A stretch of DNA of 64,000 nucleotides from the human T2T-CHM13v2.0 reference genome, Homo sapiens, in NCBI RefSeq assembly GCF_009914755.1, contig NC_060925.1; one strand, given 5' to 3'. Within the stretch, counting starts at the first letter, position 1. The number at the start of each line of letters is the position of its first letter. A program made the translations under genes and the position numbers. The notes beneath the pieces are model-generated. The model saw nothing but the letters and a program-made list of their open reading frames with translations. It ran no database searches and was not told where the DNA came from. Below are positions 54,524 through 64,000 of the stretch, one piece after another.

Positions 54524-54662
54524 AATCACTGGTGCCTAAAGCTATACTGAACAAAAGTGGTAATTTAAAGCCTGGACAAAAGGTGGACCATGACATTGAG
54601 AAGAGTTACCACAGATCCCAAATGGATATCACCCAAGAGTCTTCAAAACTGCTGATAAATTC

Positions 54663-54871
54663 ATTAAAGCAGTTGTAAAAATGGATTTCTCAAGTTTGTT
54701 TGATATCCTCAGATGCCTTGTATTGACCAAAATATTGACTTTAGTTCAATGATTTATTTAGGTTTCTCTTCAGCAGAGCACATGTAGGGTTAATTCAACA
54801 TTCTTTCCCATTATCATGGGTATCTTTTCTGATTTATTTTTTAACAGTAAAAACAATACAGTCACATTAAA
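54663..54871 (+). terminator. Candidate CCDC30 polyadenylation signals (ATTAAA at 54663-54668 and 54866-54871)
   Basis: Two ATTAAA hexamers downstream of the stop codon; which one is used cannot be determined from sequence. Confidence 0.4.
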
Positions 54872-54902
54872 GCAAATTTTGTTTTTAAAAAAACCCTCCT
54901 AT

Positions 54903-55187
54903 GCTGGGCGTGGTGGCTCACGCCTATAATCCCAGCACTTTGGGAGGCTGAGGTGGGTGGATCACGAGGTCAGGAGATCGAGACCATCCTGGCTAACACG
55001 GTGAAACCCTGTCTCTACTAAAAATACAAAAAAATTAACCGAGTGTGGTGGCGGGTGCCTGTAGTCCCAGCTACTCAGAAGGCTGAGGCAGGAGAATGGC
55101 GTGAACCTGCGATAGCACCACTGCACTCCAGCCTGGGTGACAGAGTGAGACTCCGTCTCAAAAAAAGCAAAAAACAAAAACAAAAAC
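54903..55187 (+). mobile_element. AluY-type element with an internal right-arm deletion
   Basis: TSD aaaaaccctcctat on both sides; Y diagnostics. Confidence 0.9.
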
Positions 55188-55205
55188 CCTCCTATAATAC
55201 CATAA

Positions 55206-55499
<294 letters not shown>

Positions 55500-55741
55500 T
55501 AACACAACTAATTTTATTTTACAGTTATTCCCTTTTGGTCCTAATTCAAGTACATATATTCTAAGTGGTTATTATAATATTGTATATTCATTTTCACAGT
55601 TTGATTTTTAATTTACTGTATATACCATGGAAACATTTTCAATCGCCATATGATATTCAATCATGTTGATGTTCTATAATTATTTTTATGGGAAAAGTTT
55701 TAAATGTTTAATGAAGAAGATTTAGAGCAATACATTATTTA

Positions 55742-55852
<111 letters not shown>

Positions 55853-55893
55853 TTAGGGAAACCCCGTCTCTAACAAAAATACAAAAACAATTA

Positions 55894-56141
<248 letters not shown>

Positions 56142-58941
56142 TTACACAGAAACTACCCCTAAATATTTCCAAACAGGAGTACAAAGTAGGTGAACAGTCT
56201 CCAGCTCATCTTTAGTGTAGTGGGACTGCTTCTTCAGAAAAGATCAGCAACATTCACATCCATTTCATCTATCAGGGTGGAACAGTACTGCTCAGTATCT
56301 CTGAGGATGTGGATGTTCTATAAATTAAACGTTCTCTTGTTTGGCATTTAAGCTGTTTTTACTTTTTTTTTTTTTTTTTTTTTTTTGAGACAGGGTCTCA
56401 CTTTGTAACCCAGGCTGGAGTGCAGTGGTTTGATTACTGCTCATGCAGCCTCAACCTCCCATGCTTAAGTGATCCTCTCTCCTCAGCCTCTCCCAAGTAC
56501 AGGCATGTGCTACCATGCCTGGCTCATTTTTGTACTTTTTGTAAAGACGAGGTCTCACTCTCACTCTATTGTTCAAGCTGGTCTCAAATTTCTGGGCTCA
56601 AGTGATCCTCCCACCTAAGCCTCCTAGGTGATAGGATTATAGGATGAGCCTCTATGCCAGGCCTGGTTTTACTTTGTTACTATTTAAGATTATGCTGTGT
56701 TGAAGGTCTTTGTGCATGTAGTTCTTTTCTTCTTTTGAATTACTCCAGAAAACAAATTCGCAAGATTGGACTGAGTCAAAGGATATAAATGTTAATATTG
56801 CTCTAGGACATCACTTCCTTTGCTTTAAAAAAGGGTTCTGCCTGACCAGGTGCGGTGGCTCACGCCTATAATCCCAGCATTTTGGGAGGCCGAGGCAGGT
56901 GGATCACTTGAGGCCAGGAGTTCAAGACCAGCCAGGCCAACATGGCAAAGCCCTGTCTCTACTAAAAATACAAAAATTAGCCGGGTATGGTGGTGCACAC
57001 CTGTAGTCCCTGCTATGCGGGAGGCTGAGGCTCGAGAATCACCTGAACCCAAGAGGTAGAAGTTTCAGTGAGCTGAGACCACTCCACTGTACTCCAGCCT
57101 GGGCAAAAAGTGAGACTCTGTCTCAAAAAATAATAATAATAAATACATAAATAATAAAATAAATAAAAAGTGTGTCAACATACTGTTTTCATAGTCAAGT
57201 TACTCAACCTCCTTGAGCCTCAATTTCTTGATTCCTAAAATGGGAACAATAATAGTTCTCTATCCCATAGGGTTGTGAGGACCAAATGAAATGAAGCATG
57301 TAAAGTATTTAGCACGTAGTAACTGCTTAATAAATGCTATCATCATTTATTTTCACTAGAGGTTTATCAATGTACTATTTTTTTCACAACCTCATCAACA
57401 TTGGATATTATCAATTTTAAAGATTTATTCTAAAACAGTTGGTATAAAATTATACTGAAGCGTGACTGCTGCTGTTCCTTTTCCCCCTCCTCCCCTTTCT
57501 TCTTTTTCAGTTGGAGGAGACCAAGAGGAGAGGATCAGTAACCAGAAATAAAAATGACCCTTTACATTGAGACACACTGTATTTTTATATGTAATCCTTG
57601 CTTTCTCAGACAACAGAGCTAGAAAGATGATCATAGGAACTAGGAAATAATAACTATTTTATTAAATGCATGCTGTTATATTGAATGAGCCTTGCCCAAG
57701 GTCCCCTTCTTTCACTAAATTCATTGCATCTATTATTTATTGAATACCTACTATATGCTATTCAGTAGGCGACATTGCAGCTACAGCTGCGAATAGGACC
57801 AGGAGAGTCTCTACTTTCATGGAGTTTATATGCTATCAGGGAGGAAGATTATGTGTGTGTGGCAGGAAATGAGGTGTAGACACATACCATACGAAGATAA
57901 TGTGGAAGTGGGGGTGGCATGAAGAAAACAAACCAGTGATCTGAATGACCAAGGGCTACTTTAGATTAGGTCTAATGTTGCCTCTCAGGAGGTAACATCT
58001 GGGGTGAGCCCTGAACTACAAGGAGCATTACTTCCCACACGCATACCCCAACCAACCCCCACAATCCCCCGCCAACCCACATTAAGTTCTGGAAGGAATA
58101 TTTCAGACAGAAGTAACAGCTATTACAAAGCCCTAAAGAGAGGAGGGATCTCAGTGACCTGGAGGAACAGACAGGTCAGAGCACAGTAACTAAGGGCAAG
58201 TGGTACAAGATGAGGTCAGGTACGTGATAGCCAGATAAATGCACTGTAGGGCTTCGTATGCACGGAATTGGATTTTATTCTAAATATGGGAAGCCAGGAG
58301 TTATTTTTAAAATAAATAGGAAGCACAAGAGTTATTTTAAAAATAAAAAATAAAAAACTCTAGTTGCTTTATGGGAAATGAATTGGAAATGACAAAACTG
58401 GTAGCTTTTGTGGCAGAACAAACATTATCTATTGTCCTGACTTAGAGGAAGGGATATTTACTTAGCAAGCCTGTACGTGCCAAGCTGTTCTAAACGCTGA
58501 GGATGAACAAACCAGAGTTCCTGCCTTCACGGTGTTCACACTAGCGGGCAGAAGACAGACAGCACGTGTGGCGGTGCAGAGGGCTTGGCTGCAAGAGCCG
58601 ATAAGGAGGACCCTGGCGACTGCCTAGTCCAAAAGTCCTAGCTAGAGCAAGATCAACTTGTACTGCCCTTAGTACAGCCACGTGAGTGGGGTGACCATTG
58701 ACCTTAACCAAAAAGATGTCAAGGCTTTCCTCCTCCTCACTCCCGCGTCCCCAGTGCCAGGCAGAGTCTCTCAGCTAGACCCTAGCAGTCTCAGCACACA
58801 CCGCACGGGGCGACAGCTTCCGGGGGCGGAGCCTGGTCTCGCTCCACGTCTACCGCGCCTGCTCCCCGGACGAAATCCGCGGACCGGGCTTTAGGTTCGC
58901 CGGAATCCCACGCTCCCGACTTCTGCTTCCGGGTCGGAGCC

Positions 58942-59007
58942 ATGGCGGTGGCAAATTCAAGTCCTGTTAACCCCGTGGTGTTCTTTGATGTCAGTATTGG
59001 CGGTCAG
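58942..59007 (+). CDS. PPIH: PPIH exon 1 coding part (MAVANSSPVNPVVFFDVSIGGQ)
   Basis: Strong Kozak gccATGG; cyclophilin N-terminal NPVVFFDV motif; CAG|gtgaga donor. Confidence 0.97.
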
Positions 59008-59338
59008 GTGAGATCCAGGAGGCTGCCCACACCTGCGCCGAAGGGAAACTGCTCGGGGCTAGGCAGGCAGAACTCACCCAGAGAGAGCGGACTCGGGAAG
59101 CCAGCCAGAAAGTGAAATTGCACCCGAACCTACCGACCTGCCGGGCGGGGGGAAAGGAGGAGGAGGAGTCTCCCCAATCCTAGCGCCCCGCTTCTGGAGG
59201 AACTGGGCGGTTAGACTAGGGAGGCGGAGGTGGGAGATACCGAGCGGCAGGGTGGTGGGTCAGCCCATCATGCCCCCTGCTCCGTGAAGCCCTCATGGTC
59301 TTGGACTGGGCCTTCTGACACTCTCCCGCTGATTGCAG

Positions 59339-59403
59339 GAAGTTGGCCGCATGAAGATCGAGCTCTTTGCAGACGTTGTGCCTAAGACGGCCGAGAACTT
59401 TAG
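59339..59403 (+). CDS. PPIH: PPIH exon 2 (EVGRMKIELFADVVPKTAENF-R)
   Basis: ttgcag|GAA and TAG|gtaagg; cyclophilin ELFADxVPKTAENFR signature. Confidence 0.97.
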
Positions 59404-59722
59404 GTAAGGACGTGCTCCAGCTCCGCTGGATTAGCTGAGGCAGAAGTCGGGCTCCAGTCAGCCGCCTGAAATAGCCTGTCTACCTCTGTCCGTCCGCTCA
59501 CTGCTCTTGAGACCTGATTCCTCCATGCATTGCTCTGTCTGGTTGCCGTTTGGATTGTTCCCGTGTTAATTTACGTTGTTAGTCTGTGTGACTGCGTGTC
59601 TGGACGTCTGGCTGGCCGATTGGTGGACTTGCTGGCTCCAGTGTTTATTCTTTCCCGTATTTAGAGGCGCTCACGACTGTGACATCATAGTGATTGAATC
59701 ATTCATTTTTTGTCCCTTTCAG

Positions 59723-59746
59723 GCAGTTCTGCACCGGAGAATTCAG
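59723..59746 (+). CDS. PPIH: PPIH exon 3, 24-nt microexon (QFCTGEF-R)
   Basis: ccctttcag|G and CAG|gtcagt; needed to give the conserved FRxxCTGE motif. Confidence 0.95.
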
Positions 59747-60016
59747 GTCAGTTTCAGATGTGTTTGACTTCTTTGCCTGCTCCAGAGGGGTGTTCTGGGG
59801 CTGCAGTGAGGGTATCGGTGAACCACCTGCTGGCCTTGAATGATTGCTGGTGACAGTGATAGAAGGTAATGCCCCAAGGGTCTGTCCCTAGTTTATTTGC
59901 CTTCTTTATGTCTGTCAACCATCTTTAGGAGAGTCCTTTTGGCTCCAGTGCATGGTAAACTGGAAAGGCCTTGTGCTACCTGCTGTCACTCCAAGTCTCT
60001 TTCTTTTCGGTTATAG

Positions 60017-60061
60017 GAAAGATGGGGTTCCAATAGGATACAAAGGAAGCACCTTCCACAG
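60017..60061 (+). CDS. PPIH: PPIH exon 4 (KDGVPIGYKGSTFH-R)
   Basis: ttatag|G and CAG|gtaagg; YKGSxFHR cyclophilin signature; 45 nt. Confidence 0.97.
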
Positions 60062-60849
60062 GTAAGGCTCTTGGCAAGCCATCCTGGAGTCTTTCAGAAA
60101 TATTTCCTGGGGGATTAGGCTCTTTAGAGGAAAATAAAACCAGAGGGTAATTCTTACATTTCTTGAGAAGAAATGTTTTTGTGGACTCAACAACTGAAGA
60201 TTTATTAAATGTTCTAACTCTACTTACACTCCCCCACTTCTTAGGTCTTTAAAACAGAAACTACTCATCTTTACAATATCTTGTCTTTTTCATGCACTTG
60301 TTTGTGCGAATGCAGATTTTTTAAAAAGTACACTTGTAATCCTAAAGTGCATATAATATATCCTGCTGGTTGATATTTATAACTAATTCCTAAAATGATC
60401 ATATATGATTGTCCAAGGATAATCATATTTCCTGGGGAGTGGAGTATGTCAACACTTAGTCTCATTTCAATATAGAATCTTTCTCATGGCCTCACTGTGG
60501 TTAGTAACAATGTTAGCACATAATTATATCACAGCTTTAGAGCTTTGGGTCTCTAATCCCCAGTAAGACTCCTGTGAAGTGGTATGGGTGATCTGCATTC
60601 TACAGAGGAGGAAACTGAGGATAAGAAAGGTTAAGGACCCTCCCTAGGGGTAATAGCTAACAGTTGTTAAGCCCTTACATGTTTAGCAGTACATTTCACA
60701 TAAATTCTCTGTAGTTCTTTCCCCCAAATTTACATCAAACCCTTGCTCTGCCTTTTGCTTTGGCAAGTAAGCTTTCAGCCCCTTCTTCTTATTACTGTTC
60801 AGGTACCAGATCATGCACTTGATCAACTCTAACATGCCCTAATTTATAA

Positions 60850-61161
<312 letters not shown>

Positions 61162-61356
61162 TGATCTGCCTGCCTCGGCCTCCCAAACTGCTGGGATTAC
61201 AGGCGTGAGCTACCGCACCCAGCTAAGAGTAATGATTTTATAATAGCCAAAGTGATAGTGTATTTTGAAATCAACGTTAATCTAATACAATAATAACAAC
61301 ATCTATGTTTTTCTAAACCATAAAATCTTCTCAGTATTCTTTGCTCTCTGTTTCAG

Positions 61357-61399
61357 GGTCATAAAGGATTTCATGATTCAGGGTGGAGATTTTGTTAAT
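61357..61399 (+). CDS. PPIH: PPIH exon 5 (VIKDFMIQGGDFVN); gene continues beyond the window
   Basis: ctctctgtttcag|G and AAT|gtaagt; FMIQGGDF active-site motif. Confidence 0.97.
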
Positions 61400-64000
61400 G
61401 TAAGTACTATTCCTTTCCTATCAAAGACCCGTAGTTTTAGTTTTTGTTGTTATTGTTGCAATTGCTGTTTTTACTACAGAGACCCAGTCTTCAGGCTTGA
61501 GAACAATAGCCAGGTTTGATGTGGGTGTTGGAGAGAATGGTGATGGGGAAGTTCTTGAAAGTGGCTGGGTACGACTGACTGTAGATAACCGACTTTAGCA
61601 CTTTGATTGAGGCATTAAATTCCATGGTCCAAATCTCAGCCTTTTTGAGCCAGAAATTGGACTTTTTAAGAATACCTATAGATGATCTATGATAGGTTCA
61701 CACTAATTAGTCATATGAAACTTAGTCAGAAATCAGCTGTGGTTTTTGTTTTTTTCTGAATGGAGGTAAGTCTCCTTCTAGTGGGCTAAATGCTTGTTTC
61801 ATTTTCTCTTTTACTTCTGGGTGTCACAGTGCCTGGAAAGCTGAGTTTTTCATAAGAAGTTGATTTGTGGGCAAGGAATCAGAGCAAGAGAGGTAGATAG
61901 TTCTGGAGGAATTTTGCTCTATTCACTGAGAGAGCCCAGTGAAATAGTTCTTTTTTGCTAACCATAGCTTTCTTGTAAGTAGACTGTTTTTGTCCCCCAT
62001 ATGAAGCCTCCCTCCCCACCCCAACCTTGGAGGGTGTGGGATAAACTACATTTTTTCTTTCTTAAACCTGCTTTTGTCCTTACCCCCCACTTCTGAATGG
62101 TCTTTCTTTACTCTTATTAATATCATTTGGTTAGTTGTGTTGCTGTTTTCTTGGATCTGGGAGACATGTGTTCTCTTTTATGTGTTTATTTAGTCTGAAT
62201 CTCATGAGTTTTTAAGACCTCTTTCCTTTCCTATGCAATACAGGGTTGCAGAGTGGCAGGTTTTAGGCCGAATTACGTTTTTACCTATGTTTTGATTCAT
62301 CTGCATGGTGTTGTATAACTGTGAAATGGCACAAAAAAATCCTAGTTTTTTTTTCTCTTTAAAAAATGGAAAGTGGAAGTATGCTGGGCCTGCATTTCTC
62401 ACAGTGGCAGTGACAGTGACAATTGGTTGGAATCAAGGAACTGGTCCCTTTGGACATGGCATATCTTTGCCATTTCACCAGTCTCCACAACTGTTTCCCT
62501 TATTTACGTTGCCTGCTCCTGTGGGCATTTGTTTGCAGCCCCGGGAAACAGATAATGGTAGTAGGGTTTGTTAGCTGGTAAGAAGGGCTGAGAAGCTATC
62601 CTCTGCCTTCTTTCCTTTTTTTTCCCCTAGGCTTCCCTGTTGCCTTACAAGGAGAGGAATAGCTTTTTACTAGTCTTTGCCCCAGGCACATCTGATCACT
62701 TGTCGATAACTCTGGGGTTAGACAATAGTTGCTCAGTCTGAAGGCCGAGTTAAAAGCAATTGCTGGTAGGGCTCACATCTGTAATCCCAGTACCTTGGGA
62801 TGCTGGGAGGATTGCTTGATCCCAGGAGTTTGAGAACAGCTTGGCAACATAGTAAGACCCTGTCTCTACAAAAATAAGAAAAGTTATTTTTTATTTTTTT
62901 ATTTTTGGTGGTGTGCGCCTGTAGTCCCAGGTACTTGGTAGGCTGAGGTAGGAGGATCCCTTGAGCCCAGGAGGTCAATTCAAGGCTGCAGTGAGCCATG
63001 TTCATACCACTGCACTCCAGCCTGGGCGACAGAGCAAGACCTTGTCTAAAGGGAAAAAAAAAAAGCTTGCTTAGAACCTTCCTTGGGGAAGGCAAAATGG
63101 AATGAGCAAGAGTCAGAAAAATCAGAATTTGAGACCTTCCAAAGTTTGACCAAGAATATTTGTTTGTTCATTTATTTTTGGTTTTAATAGTATTTATTAT
63201 TTTGGTTGCAAAAGAAAAGTGCAAAGAAGAAAATAAATCACCAAATGAATTACCCTCATTCTCACCTCACAATATACTATTGGCATTTTGGTTTACAGTT
63301 GTCAGTCTTACCTTAGTATGTATATGTGTGTTTATATAATTTTTAACAGACTTAAAATAATCTATATGTTTTACTTTTTTTGTACTTCATAATTGTCCAT
63401 ATTTTCCCTTGTCGTTATGTCTTCTAAAACATGCTTTCTAATAGCCACCTAATATTTCATTATGAATAGACAAGTTATTTGATCAATTCACTATAGTTGA
63501 AGATAAGTTGCTTTCTATTGTTTGCTCCAAATTATTAATTTTGTAATTTTCCCTATTGTTTCTGGAGAGCTATAGATAACGTGATTACGGAGAATGGCAC
63601 GGTAACTGATGTGTCCCTTAGGTTCACTGGGAAATTGGAGATGAACTTGTTTTCTCTCTTCCTTCTGTATTAATATGTATGTGTAGTTAGTTAATGACAT
63701 ATTAGCTTATTTGATTATTTATATAGTACTATATTGTTTGTACAGTGCTTTTTACAGACACTATCTAATTGAATCTTCATGATAACTGTAAAGAGTAGGT
63801 AATTTCATCCTCACTTGATAGATGAGGAAATTGAGGCTCACAGATTGGAAGTGACTTTCCCAGCTCTAAGTGATAGATCTGGAACTCAAATTCAGATCTT
63901 TTTTTTTTTTAGATGGAGTCTCGCTCTGTCGCCCAGGCTGGGGTGCAGTGGTGCGATCTTGGCTTACTGCAACCTCCACCTCCCGGGTGGGTTCAAGCGA

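Larger units (their letters stand above)
58560..59560 (+). promoter_or_regulatory. PPIH: PPIH CpG-island promoter
   Basis: Sharp rise in CpG/GC; ETS-type CTTCCGG at 58817 and 58926, GC box GGGGCGGAGC 58823-58832, E-boxes CACGTG at 58563 and 58679; no TATA box seen. Confidence 0.85.

Noticed and set aside
59576-59767. 63-aa ORF overlapping PPIH exon 3
   Set aside because: Non-ATG start and a different frame from PPIH; no supporting signal

Overview
Primate (human-like) genomic DNA, very repeat-dense, consistent with the CCDC30-PPIH locus (human 1p34.2; the assignment comes from recognising the proteins, not from a search). The + strand carries the last seven coding exons of a coiled-coil gene (CCDC30; 11475-54523, stop TAA 54521-54523). 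About 4 kb downstream lie a CpG-island promoter and coding exons 1-5 of PPIH (spliceosomal cyclophilin H; ATG 58942, 81 codons in this window). The rest is mostly dead transposable elements: several dozen Alus, three large old L1s, a near-complete Tigger2 DNA transposon inside an ERVL-type internal fragment, a full-length THE1A with both LTRs and a TSD, and many solo LTRs. I find no convincing new biological system. The most interesting items are: a 183-nt in-frame CCDC30 cassette exon that appears to be exonised from the 5' end of an old L1; a four-level TE nest; a local copy of an Alu-tail/Tigger2 junction; two tiny TSD-flanked poly(A) insertions of unknown origin; a fold-back palindrome replacing the Tigger2 right end; and a closely spaced inverted Alu pair at the CCDC30 3' end. 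Repeat subfamily names are from remembered consensus sequences and need RepeatMasker/Dfam confirmation.
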